Positions 1 through 8,760 of a stretch of 59,605 bases of DNA are shown here, one piece after another. Each line of letters opens with the position of its first letter. Positions within the stretch are counted from its first letter, which is position 1. The stretch spans positions 1 through 59,605 of the forward strand of contig CAXMPC010000052.1 of NCBI GenBank assembly GCA_964195335.1, in the 5' to 3' direction. A program made the translations under genes and the position numbers. The stretch comes from an uncultured Gammaproteobacteria bacterium (GTDB taxonomy: Bacteria > Pseudomonadota > Gammaproteobacteria > QNFN01). The notes under the pieces are model-generated. The model saw only the letters and a program-made list of their open reading frames with translations, made no database searches and was not told the DNA's origin.

Positions 1-67
1 CGCCATAAGCGACCAGCGAGAGGGCGGTGGCGGTGGCGAGGGCCAGGCCGAGCAGGACGGTTTTCAC
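1..67 (-). CDS. 5' fragment of a probable secreted protein (runs off the window)
   Basis: GGAGA RBS, then GTG start reading MKTVLLGLALATATALSLVAYG, a signal-peptide-like sequence. Confidence 0.6.
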   Translation of the reverse strand, partial: MKTVLLGLALATATALSLVAYG

Positions 68-179
68 TGGATTTCTCCGTTGGCTTGGAAGTTGATCACG
101 CCCAGTAGACCTTGCGGGAGCGGCTGCCGTTGCAGCCGTGATGAAAACGTGAGAATTGATTCCGCAGGCTCAGGCCCGG

Positions 180-1073
180 TCAACGTACCTCCGTGACGCG
201 GTAGCGGACGATACGGTCGTTGTAGGTGTCGGCGAACCAGACGACGTCGCCGTGGATCTCGACGCCCTCCGGTTGGTAGAAACGTCCCTCGCCGAGTCCC
301 CGTTCGCCTCCGAGCACCTGCAGCAGGGTGCCGTCCGGGGAAATCACCTTGATGGCGTGGTTGTACTTGTCGGCGACGAACATCCGTCCGGCATGGTCGA
401 AATCTTGGTAGCGCGGTCCGGCGAAGGCATAGGTCTCGCCGCCGAATATCCGGTCGACCTGCAGTTGCTCGTCGACGCGGACCATGCGGTGGTTGCCGGC
501 ATCGGCGATCCAGGCGCGGCCTTCATTGTCGAAGGCGACATCATGCGGGGCGGAAAAACCGCCGGCTTCGCCGATAATCTCGCCGTCCCGGTAGACGACC
601 AGGTTGCCGGTCGCGGCCCCGGTGGCGAAGACGCGACCGTCGGGGTGGGCGGCGACGCCCTCGGGGCGACGGATGGGGCCACGGAGTTCACCGACCAGGC
701 GGCCGCCGTCACTGGAAACTTCGTAGATGGCAATCCGGCTGTTGCCGGTGTCGGCGACCAGCAGCCGGCCGTCAAGGTCAAAGGCGACGTCGTGCGGTTC
801 GCGCACCTCGCCCTGGCCAAAACTGCCACGCTGGCGCAGTGTCACCGGATCGAGGATGGCAATGCGGTGGTTGCCGTTATCGGCGACGTAGAGTGCGTTG
901 CCGTCGGGGGCAAGGACGATGTCGTGCGGCGTGTCGTAGTTCGCCTCGCTGGCCGCCTGCAATTCGAAGCGCAGCGGCCCGGCGTGGGTCGTGATCAGCA
1001 GGCCGGCGAGCAGCGGGGCGGCGAGTCGGGCGCTCCACTGTGCCGTGGTGACACCGGGGCGGTGATCGGACAT
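180..1073 (-). CDS. NHL-repeat beta-propeller protein, probably exported
   Basis: Repeated P-[HE]-[DG]-[VI]-A...(L/V)-x-V-A-D-x-G-N-x-R-I units; hydrophobic N-terminal segment; start taken at ATG 1073. Confidence 0.85.
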   Translation of the reverse strand: MSDHRPGVTTAQWSARLAAPLLAGLLITTHAGPLRFELQAASEANYDTPHDIVLAPDGNALYVADNGNHRIAILDPVTLRQRGSFGQGEVREPHDVAFDLDGRLLVADTGNSRIAIYEVSSDGGRLVGELRGPIRRPEGVAAHPDGRVFATGAATGNLVVYRDGEIIGEAGGFSAPHDVAFDNEGRAWIADAGNHRMVRVDEQLQVDRIFGGETYAFAGPRYQDFDHAGRMFVADKYNHAIKVISPDGTLLQVLGGERGLGEGRFYQPEGVEIHGDVVWFADTYNDRIVRYRVTEVR

Positions 1074-1184
1074 GGACACACTCCCGTCGTGGGACAAGCT
1101 CAAATCAGGGGTTTGACCACGGTCGAGGGTGTGGAGTTGCACGCCTGGGCGAGCCGACGTGGCGGAGTGCAGTGAGGTCAGGTT

Positions 1185-2432
1185 TCAGTCGCCGGCGTCC
1201 GGCAGCACGATTTTGTCGTCGCGGCTCAGTCGGTAGTCCTCAAAGATGTGTTCGGCGCTCAGCACGACATAGCTGCCATCGTCGAGCTTGCGGGTGGTGT
1301 CCTTGAGCCGGTAGACGTACTCGCCGCAGGTCCAGCAGTTGAACTTGCGCATCTGGGTGCAGAGGCAGGTCTTTTCGTAGACGTGGACGTTGTCGGGGTC
1401 CTTTTCGACCGCTCGATTGTAGGCATCGATGTAGGCGCAGTGGCCGTTGCGGTCGAGCAGGTAGCCGAACTGCTCGCAGTTGGGGCGGAGGCCGGCGCCG
1501 ATCGCCGGACACTGCTTGAGCATGCGCATCGGGTAACCGGTCGGTGAGACCAGGTTGACCACGACATCCTCCTCGTCGGCCTTGAAGTACTCCTGCTTGA
1601 CCTTGTCCGGCAGGCCGCACTCGTCGGAGATGGTGAAGCGGGTGGCGACCTGGACCGCGGCGACGCCCATCTCCATGAAACGGACACCGTCGGAGCCGGT
1701 GAAAATGCCGCCGGCCGGGATCACCGGGATCGACAGCTCGTGCTCCTTGAGGAACGCCATCACCTCGGCGGTGATGGTGGCCAGGTCGTACTTCTTCCAG
1801 TCGAGGCCGAAACCGAGGTGGCCACCGGCAAGAGGCCCTTCGACGACGACGAAGTCGGGCAGGCGGTCGAGCGCCTTGGTCTTGCGCAGGAACAGGTTCA
1901 ACGCGCGTACCGAGGAGACGATGATGCCGAGCTGCGCATCGCGGAAGCGCGGGTGATCCTGGATCATGGCGAACGAGCCCAGGTGCAGGCCGGCGCTGAG
2001 CGAGATACCGTCAATACCGTTGTCGAGCGCGGTGTCGAGACGCACCTTCAGCGTCGCGCTCGGGTTGTTCATGCCGAGCTTTTCCATGATGTTGATGAAC
2101 ACCAGGCCGTCGCCCTGCTTGCGCCCCATGGCGTGCTCGACGTGCAGACGCTGCGCCTCGGCCAGGTCACCGAGATCGAACTGGGCGACCGACTTGTCGT
2201 CGTTGCCGACGTTGAACTTGTACTTCTTCATCTTCGCCGCGACGTAGTGGGTGTCGTAGCGGCGGTCGGAGACCGTCGGCACCATGGCGTCGGAGATGTG
2301 GCCGATGCCGCCGAGGCGCGCGGCTTCCAGGGCCAGGTCGGAGGTGGAGATGTCGACGCCCATGCCGCCGACCATCAGCGGCACGAATTCACGGCCGCCC
2401 AGTGTCAGGCGGAAGTCATCGAGACATTTCAT
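1185..2432 (-). CDS. Nitronate monooxygenase / FabX-like FMN flavoprotein with Cys-rich C-terminus
   Basis: GGMGVDIS, VVEGPLAGGHLG, PVIPAGGI, VQVATRF and SPTGYPMR motifs. Confidence 0.85.
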   Translation of the reverse strand: MKCLDDFRLTLGGREFVPLMVGGMGVDISTSDLALEAARLGGIGHISDAMVPTVSDRRYDTHYVAAKMKKYKFNVGNDDKSVAQFDLGDLAEAQRLHVEHAMGRKQGDGLVFINIMEKLGMNNPSATLKVRLDTALDNGIDGISLSAGLHLGSFAMIQDHPRFRDAQLGIIVSSVRALNLFLRKTKALDRLPDFVVVEGPLAGGHLGFGLDWKKYDLATITAEVMAFLKEHELSIPVIPAGGIFTGSDGVRFMEMGVAAVQVATRFTISDECGLPDKVKQEYFKADEEDVVVNLVSPTGYPMRMLKQCPAIGAGLRPNCEQFGYLLDRNGHCAYIDAYNRAVEKDPDNVHVYEKTCLCTQMRKFNCWTCGEYVYRLKDTTRKLDDGSYVVLSAEHIFEDYRLSRDDKIVLPDAGD

Positions 2433-2585
2433 GGTGCGTCGATCAGTGGAACGGAACCATTGCGATCATGCCGGTAAATGGCGGCGATGACAAATATTGC
2501 CGGGCTCATTTCCCGATAAATACCCAGGTGTTGGCGGGGTATTGTCCTGTCCTCCCGTTCGGTTGTGCCGTCTCTTTCCGGATGC

Positions 2586-2599
2586 GTGACCACGGTCAA
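2586..2599. promoter_or_regulatory. FNR/CRP-family-like palindrome
   Basis: GTGAC-CACG-GTCAA (core TGACC-AC-GGTCA is a perfect inverted repeat) in the divergent intergenic region. Confidence 0.45.
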
Positions 2600-2743
2600 C
2601 GAAGGCTGCCCGGCACCAGGTTACCCCTTGCCGTTTCCGGTGACCGGGTCTATGAATTTACAGGGAGGGATCAACCGTTTCGACATGCGTCGACACGGCA
2701 CGTGGTGGTCATCGCGGCCGCCAGTGAATGGAGGCACCGGCTT

Positions 2744-3112
2744 ATGGACCGTGAGCGTATCCACCTCTCCATCTGGGAGATCGATCCGGCCGAGGGTGAT
2801 GCCGTCTTGAGCGTCGCTGAATGCCAACGCCTCTACCTGGAGGCCTACGAGGCGACTTTCGAGTTGCGCGCGACGCCCGGGCGCGTGCGCCCTTACCTCG
2901 GGCGCTACCTGCACTACGGTGTCGTCGCGCCGTGGGTAAGGCGCTACCTGCGTGAGGCGCGCCCCGGGCACGCCCTGGCGGAGATTGGCGAGGCGCCGCT
3001 GGATCCGTCCGTCGACTGGCGTGGACCGGTGCGCTGGACCATGCGCCAGGGGTGGTACCTCTACCGTCTGCTGCACCGGGACGCTCCGGGCAGGTCGTGT
3101 CTCAAGGCGTAA
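2744..3112 (+). CDS. Hypothetical protein, paralog A of a tandem pair (122 aa)
   Basis: GGAGG RBS at 2730-2734, ATG at 2744; clear similarity to 3353..3718. Confidence 0.85.
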   Translation: MDRERIHLSIWEIDPAEGDAVLSVAECQRLYLEAYEATFELRATPGRVRPYLGRYLHYGVVAPWVRRYLREARPGHALAEIGEAPLDPSVDWRGPVRWTMRQGWYLYRLLHRDAPGRSCLKA

Positions 3113-3234
3113 CGAGGTCACGACCAACCAGTCCAACCGAAAATATGGTTGCCGCCCAATCCCGTCGCAGGTGGCCTGCGGACCCCGCTCGGCCACTTAG
3201 GGGCAGGTGCGACACGTGTGGCCAAAAATAGAAA

Positions 3235-3275
3235 TTGATCTACGTCAATGCGGAATCTCGGCCAGGGGCTATCTT
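3235..3275 (+). promoter_or_regulatory. FNR box with class II promoter geometry
   Basis: TTGAT-CTAC-GTCAA at 3235-3248 (consensus TTGAT-N4-ATCAA); -10-like TATCTT at 3270-3275; a weaker TTGTT-GTAA-GTCAA at 3274-3287. Confidence 0.7.
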
Positions 3276-3352
3276 GTTGTAAGTCAACGTGACTCTGGCG
3301 ATGGTCCACGGCAGGTAGTGTTCGTGGCCCGGCTGGAGTCTCAGGAGGGGAT

Positions 3353-3718
3353 GTGCAGACCGGCCGGTTTCCCCACCCAATATGGGAACTAGACCCGCGC
3401 TACGAGGCGCAGCCGACCTACGACGACTACGAGCGGCTCTTCCTTGCGGCCTACTCGGCAGCTTTCCATCTGCCGGCCTCGCCGGCACGGATTCGTCCCT
3501 ACCTGACGCGCTACCTTCGCTTCTACGTCGTCGCTCCCTGGGTCCACGATTACGCCGGCCGCGCTCACGCGGAACAGGTCGCCGAGGAATTGGTTGGCGC
3601 GCCGTTGGATACGTTTTTCGACTGGCGGCGGGTCTGCCGCGGGCTCGAGTCCATCCTGCCGATGTACTGGATTTGTCGTGACCCGTTTGACCCGGGTCGT
3701 GTTCACCTCGAAGCCTGA
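3353..3718 (+). CDS. Hypothetical protein, paralog B of a tandem pair (121 aa)
   Basis: AGGAGG RBS then GTG; similar to 2744..3112. Confidence 0.85.
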   Translation: MQTGRFPHPIWELDPRYEAQPTYDDYERLFLAAYSAAFHLPASPARIRPYLTRYLRFYVVAPWVHDYAGRAHAEQVAEELVGAPLDTFFDWRRVCRGLESILPMYWICRDPFDPGRVHLEA

Positions 3719-3735
3719 TCCAGGCTCCGCTCTAC

Positions 3736-5037
3736 TCAGCCGTACAGGTAGAGGCAGGCCACGACCGCGGCGACGATACCGGCCAGGTCGGCGGTCAGCC
3801 CGGCCGCCAACGCGTGGCGCACACGGCGCACCTGCACCGCACCGAAATAGACCGCGAGCACGTAGAAGGTGGTCTCGGTCGAACCCTGCAGCGTGCTGAC
3901 CAGGTAGCCGACGTAGGTGTCGGGACCGGTCGCCGGTTCGGCGATGGTGGCCGCCAGCACACCATAGGCGCCCGAGCCTGACAGCGGGCGCAGCAGCGCC
4001 ATCGGCAGTGCCTCGGCCGGCATGCCGAGGGCGGTGGTGAAGCCGCCGATGGCGCCGACGACGATGTCCATGGCGCCACTGGCGCGAAACATCCCGACCG
4101 CGACCAGGATCGCCACCAGGTACGGAATGATGCGCACCGCCACCTCGAAGCCGTCGCGCGCCCCGTCGACGAAACACTCGTAGACCCGCACTCGCCGGGC
4201 CACGCCAAAACCGAGCAGCAGCACCGCCAGGCCGGGGATGATCCACGGACCGAGTGAGGCGCCGAGCACCACGGCGACCGGGATCAGCGACACCAGCACG
4301 ATCAGGGCGAGAGACGACACCCAGCCAGAGTAGCCGGCCTCCGGCGCCTCCGGCAGGGTCACCTCGGGCGCGGGCGCAGCCGGTTCTGTGTCCGGCAGGG
4401 ATTCAGCGGGCGTTACGTCCGCCGCGCTCGGCCAGTAACGCTGGTAGAACTTGCACGAGACGATTGCCACCACGGTCGAGCAGAGGGTCGCGAACAGCGT
4501 CGTTGGCAGAATGCCGGCCGGGTCGCTCGAGCCGGCCGCGGCGCGCAAGGCGATGACGCCGGTCGGAAGCAGCGTGATGCTCGAGGTGTTGATGGCCAGG
4601 AACAGCGCCATGGCATTGGTCGCCGTGCCCTTGGTCGGGTTCAGGGTGTCGAGTGCCTGCATGGCGCGGATGCCGAACGGTGTCGCCGCGTTGCCCAGGC
4701 CCAGCGCATTGGCCGACAGGTTCATGATCATCGCGCCCATCGCCGGGTGGTCGGCCGGGACGTCTGGGAACAGGCGTACCAGCAGCGGGCGCAGCAGCCG
4801 GGCGATGATCAGCAGCAGGCCGCCGGCCTCGGCCACTTTCATCAGTCCGAGGAAAAAGGCCATGACGCCGACCAGGCCGATGGCGAGGGTCACCGCCCCC
4901 TTGGCCGAGTCAACCATGCCGTTGCCGAGCGCCAGCATCGGCGAGACGGCATCGGCGGCGGGTGCGACCCAGGTCAGCTGGTGGTAGCCGGTGACCGCGA
5001 AGGCGATCGCGATCAGTGCGAAAAAGATGACGTTCAT
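3736..5037 (-). CDS. Fused SpmA/SpmB (nucleoside-recognition Gate domain) membrane protein
   Basis: ANALGLGNAATPFG, LRPLSGSGA and GSTETTFYVLAVYFG motifs. Confidence 0.9.
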   Translation of the reverse strand: MNVIFFALIAIAFAVTGYHQLTWVAPAADAVSPMLALGNGMVDSAKGAVTLAIGLVGVMAFFLGLMKVAEAGGLLLIIARLLRPLLVRLFPDVPADHPAMGAMIMNLSANALGLGNAATPFGIRAMQALDTLNPTKGTATNAMALFLAINTSSITLLPTGVIALRAAAGSSDPAGILPTTLFATLCSTVVAIVSCKFYQRYWPSAADVTPAESLPDTEPAAPAPEVTLPEAPEAGYSGWVSSLALIVLVSLIPVAVVLGASLGPWIIPGLAVLLLGFGVARRVRVYECFVDGARDGFEVAVRIIPYLVAILVAVGMFRASGAMDIVVGAIGGFTTALGMPAEALPMALLRPLSGSGAYGVLAATIAEPATGPDTYVGYLVSTLQGSTETTFYVLAVYFGAVQVRRVRHALAAGLTADLAGIVAAVVACLYLYG

Positions 5038-5182
5038 GCGGGCCTGCCCGGGTAGTGCGGCCGCAGTCTAGCAGGCGGGGAGGGCTTGATCGTGGCCGGG
5101 GACCGCAGCTGCAGCCGGAGTTTCACTCTGTGCCCGAGGGTCGTCCCGGCCCGATCGGCATGGCTACGGCCGTCTCGCAGGC

Positions 5183-6076
5183 TTATCCGGCGCCGTCGAG
5201 TCGTCGGGCCAGCCTATCGAGTGCCGCGCCGCACTCGGTGTCGACCTTCAGCGACAGCAGGTCGTCGGCACGGGTGCGGCCGAGATTGATCGCGGCGACC
5301 GGCAGCCCAATCTCGGCGGCCAGGCGTGCAAATCTGAATCCGGAGAAGACCATCAGTGACGAGCCGACGACCAGCATGGCGTCGGACGCGGCGAGTGCGT
5401 CGCGTGCATTTTCGACTCGCTTCGGAGGAACGTTTTCGCCGAAAAAAACCACGTCGGGCTTCAGCAGGCCACCGCAGGCCGGGCAGTCTGGCACCGTAAA
5501 TCCGGCGAGGTCGTCATTCTCGAGATCAGCGTCCCCATCCGGCGCCATGGTCGCGGCGCGTCCGGCGAAGGCCGTGTTGGCGGCTTCCAGCCGTGCCTGC
5601 AGTATTGAGCGTTCGCCCGGTGTGCCGCAGTCGAGACAGGTGATGCGATCGAGTCGCCCGTGCAGGTCGATCACCCGGTTGCTGCCGGCCCGCTGATGGA
5701 GGCGGTCGACGTTCTGCGTCACCAGTTGAATGATGCGGCCGGTCCGTTCGAGTCGTGTCAGTGCCAGGTGGGCGAGATTCGGCGAGGCGGCGGCGAAGGC
5801 GCGCCAGCCCACCAGGCTGCGCGCCCAGTAGCGCCGTCGGGTCGCCGCGAGGTCGACGAACTCCTGGAACTGCACCGGTGGGCGGCGTTTCCAGGCACCG
5901 CCGTTGTCGCGGTAGTCGGGGATGCCGGAGCCGGTGCTGACGCCGGCACCGGTGAGCACGAACAGGCGTGGGTGACGGGTGACGAAGTCGGCGAGCGCAT
6001 CGATGGTGGTAGCCGAGGGTGGAGGCATGCCCGGGTCGGCGCGCACCGGTGTGGGAGGGTCCAGACGTGGGCTCAC
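5183..6076 (-). CDS. cobB: NAD-dependent protein deacylase, Sir2 family (SIRT4-like class)
   Basis: GAGVSTGSGIPDYR, TQNVDRLH, DLHG, two CxxC zinc motifs, KPDVVFFGE, GSSL. Confidence 0.92.
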   Translation of the reverse strand: MSPRLDPPTPVRADPGMPPPSATTIDALADFVTRHPRLFVLTGAGVSTGSGIPDYRDNGGAWKRRPPVQFQEFVDLAATRRRYWARSLVGWRAFAAASPNLAHLALTRLERTGRIIQLVTQNVDRLHQRAGSNRVIDLHGRLDRITCLDCGTPGERSILQARLEAANTAFAGRAATMAPDGDADLENDDLAGFTVPDCPACGGLLKPDVVFFGENVPPKRVENARDALAASDAMLVVGSSLMVFSGFRFARLAAEIGLPVAAINLGRTRADDLLSLKVDTECGAALDRLARRLDGAG

Positions 6077-6915
6077 GCCGGTTCCGGTGGCGGGAAACCG
6101 GTTCCCGGTAAAGAATCATCTGTCGCCACTGCGGCCGCACCCCAGGCCGTCGCCAGTGTCAGGCAGCGCGCCATCGGCAGAGCGGTAGTGAGGCCGTGGA
6201 CCAGGCCGGCGGCGAAACAGTCACCGGCTCCGGTGGTGTCGACCGCGGTGACCTTTTGCGCGGTCTGCTCCAGCAGGGCATTGCGGCCGTGCGCGGTGGC
6301 GCCGTCGGCTCCGCGGGTGATTACGGTCCAAGTCGCCTTGCCGTCGCTCACGGCCTGGCCGGCACGCCAGGGGTCGTTGAGGAAGGCCGGGTCGAGGTCG
6401 GCTGCCGAGCCGATCAAAATGCCCGCCGGGACGGCGCCATTACCACTGGGCGGAATGTGGGCGACCACCTGCGTGATGGCGCCGAGACGGTGTAACAGAG
6501 GGGCCAGCCCCTCGGCGCGGCTGCGCACGTAGACGCAGTCGGCCTCGAGTTCGAGCAGGCGTTCCGGGGTCGGCGCATGGAGGCGCTGCAGATTGACGAT
6601 GGTCCGCTCGCCGGCCGGGTCGACCAGCAGCAGTGAGTTCGAGGTCGCTGCATCGACCACGGCGATCTCCGAGGTGTCGACACCGGACTGTTGCAGGGTC
6701 GCGACCAGGGCGTGCCCGGTTGGATCGTCGCCGACCGCCGATACCAGGCTGACATGGTGACCCGCGCGCGCCAGCGCCACGGCGGCGTTGGCCGCACCGC
6801 CACCGCAGCGCGCCGTCCGTGCCGTCCCCTGCTGATGACCGCCGACCTGCAACGGCCTGCCGAGCCGGACGACGCGATCGGCCACCAGGGAGCCGAGAAT
6901 CGCGATTCGTGCCAT
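6073..6915 (-). CDS. PfkB/ribokinase-family carbohydrate kinase
   Basis: GGGAANAAVALARAG...VGDD and DTTGAGDCF signatures. Confidence 0.9.
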   Translation of the reverse strand: MARIAILGSLVADRVVRLGRPLQVGGHQQGTARTARCGGGAANAAVALARAGHHVSLVSAVGDDPTGHALVATLQQSGVDTSEIAVVDAATSNSLLLVDPAGERTIVNLQRLHAPTPERLLELEADCVYVRSRAEGLAPLLHRLGAITQVVAHIPPSGNGAVPAGILIGSAADLDPAFLNDPWRAGQAVSDGKATWTVITRGADGATAHGRNALLEQTAQKVTAVDTTGAGDCFAAGLVHGLTTALPMARCLTLATAWGAAAVATDDSLPGTGFPPPEPA

Positions 6916-7060
6916 CGATCCTCCCGTTTGCGATCAGCATAGCGGATCACAGCCGTCGGTCGCGTCGGAACGCCATGCCGGGAGCCCGGTCGAAACAGTT
7001 GAGCCACGGCAGCGAATGCTGTCACGCGATCCGGTAGGCTGGAGGTCACAGGAGTTCCCC

Positions 7061-7720
7061 ATGATCAGCCGATTCACGCCGCAATTCGCCAACCTTCCCG
7101 AGGAGCTGCCAATCTTTCCGCTCGGCGGCACCATCGTGCTGCCGGGACGCCAACTGCCGCTGAACATTTTCGAGCCGCGCTACCTGAGCATGGTCTTCGA
7201 CGCCCTGGGCGACAATCGAATGGTCGGCATGATCCAACCGGCTGCGGAAGCCACTCGCAGTGGCGACGACCCGGTGCGGCGCATCGGCTGCGCAGGGCGT
7301 ATCACCCGTTTCTCGGAAAGTGATGATGGCCGTCTGCTGATCGTCCTGACCGGCGTCTGCCGTTTCGGCGTCGCCGTCGAACTCGAGCCGCAACAGGGTT
7401 ATCGGCGAGTTGCACCGGACTGGTCGGCCTTCAGCGCCGATCTCGATCCAGACCGCGACGTCAGCATCGATCGCCAGGGGTTGCGGGAAGTGCTCGAGCG
7501 ACTGGTCGATTTCCGCGGCTTGCAGCTCGATTGGGAGCAGGCCGAGGAGTTGCCCGACCCGGTCTACGTCGACGCCTTCGCGATGAACCTGCCGCTTCCC
7601 GACGAAGAGAAGCAGGCCCTGCTCGAGGCGGAGAACGTCGGCGCACGGGCCCAGCTGCTCGCCGGCCTGGCCAGTATGAGCCTCGACGGCAACGACTCTC
7701 CGTCACAGCGCGCCCACTGA
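7061..7720 (+). CDS. Stand-alone LON peptidase N-terminal (substrate-binding) domain protein
   Basis: LPIFPL...LPGRQLPLNIFEPRYLSM; GGAG RBS before ATG 7061. Confidence 0.9.
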   Translation: MISRFTPQFANLPEELPIFPLGGTIVLPGRQLPLNIFEPRYLSMVFDALGDNRMVGMIQPAAEATRSGDDPVRRIGCAGRITRFSESDDGRLLIVLTGVCRFGVAVELEPQQGYRRVAPDWSAFSADLDPDRDVSIDRQGLREVLERLVDFRGLQLDWEQAEELPDPVYVDAFAMNLPLPDEEKQALLEAENVGARAQLLAGLASMSLDGNDSPSQRAH

Positions 7721-7943
7721 TACCGGCCCGAGCACTCTCTGGAAATGCGCCCTTGTTGACGACATCGGCCCCCGTTTTTATGCGCGCTGTAAGCGAATAA
7801 CCGGTATTGCGGTCCCATTGCTTGGCACCAGGAGCCCTGGAGCAGGGTGTGCTCGCCCTGACCGAAACCGGAGCGCCCGGCGATCGCCATCTCATCCACC
7901 AATCAGCCGGCAGTTCACCGGCTCTTGTCCCCGGAGCAGCGCC

Positions 7944-8621
7944 ATGACAACTGAGGCCCGCCAGACATTCCCCACCTATGCCGAGCAGGCGGACGCCCAG
8001 CGCGAGGCTTTCATGGGCCAGCTCGACGACAGCGCCAGGCAGCTCATGGGCGGGACGTTCGCCCGGCTGATGGCGTCCGATTTCGGCGCCAACGCCATCA
8101 ACGTTGGCGACACGGCGCCTGATTTCACCCTGCCCAACGCCCGCGGTGGCGAGCAGCGCCTCGCCGACGCGCTGGCACAGGGTCCCGTGGTGTTGAACTT
8201 CTACCGAGGCGGCTGGTGCCCGTTCTGCAATCTCGAATTCCGCGCCCTGCAGCAGCGCCTGCCGGAGATGCAGCAGCTCGGGGCACGGCTGATCGGCGTG
8301 TCGCCGGAGACCCCGGACAACTCGCTGGCGACGGCCGAGAAGCATGCGCTGCAGTTCGACGTCCTCAGTGATGTCGGCAACCGGGTGGCCGGCGATTACG
8401 GCCTTGAGATGGTCGTCGACGAGGCGGTACGACCGCTCTACCTCGAGTGGGGACTCGACATCCCGGCAGCCAACGGCGACGACTCCTACGTGCTGCCGAT
8501 CCCGGCCACCTATGTCATCGATGCCGGCGGCACGGTACGCGCCGCCTACGTCGACAAGAACTACGCCAGCCGCATGGAACCCGAGGCGATCGTCGCCGCG
8601 CTGCTCGACATCGCCGGCTGA
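7944..8621 (+). CDS. Peroxiredoxin-like AhpC/TSA family protein
   Basis: APDFTLP, FYRGGWCPFCNLE, LPIPATYVID. Confidence 0.9.
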   Translation: MTTEARQTFPTYAEQADAQREAFMGQLDDSARQLMGGTFARLMASDFGANAINVGDTAPDFTLPNARGGEQRLADALAQGPVVLNFYRGGWCPFCNLEFRALQQRLPEMQQLGARLIGVSPETPDNSLATAEKHALQFDVLSDVGNRVAGDYGLEMVVDEAVRPLYLEWGLDIPAANGDDSYVLPIPATYVIDAGGTVRAAYVDKNYASRMEPEAIVAALLDIAG

Positions 8622-8665
8622 ACCGTTCCGGCCCACCTGGACAAGCGAAAATATGCAGGGGCTTT

Positions 8666-8712
8666 TGTAGGTCGGACTCCAGTCCGACATGTCGAGGTAA
8701 ACCCGACCCACA
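8666..8712. repeat. GTAG-type REP doublet between convergent genes
   Basis: tGTAGgtcggactccagtccgac followed by an inverted unit (reverse complement tGTGGgtcgggtttacctcgac). Confidence 0.6.
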
Positions 8713-8760
8713 AGGTGGTCAGGTTCTTGAAACGAGAGTAGAAACCGCCCCCTGTTTGAC

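Noticed and set aside
8727-8756. Sigma-32-like CTTGAAA...CCCC motif
   Set aside because: Spacing and -10 element are imperfect, and it points into the 3' end of a convergent gene
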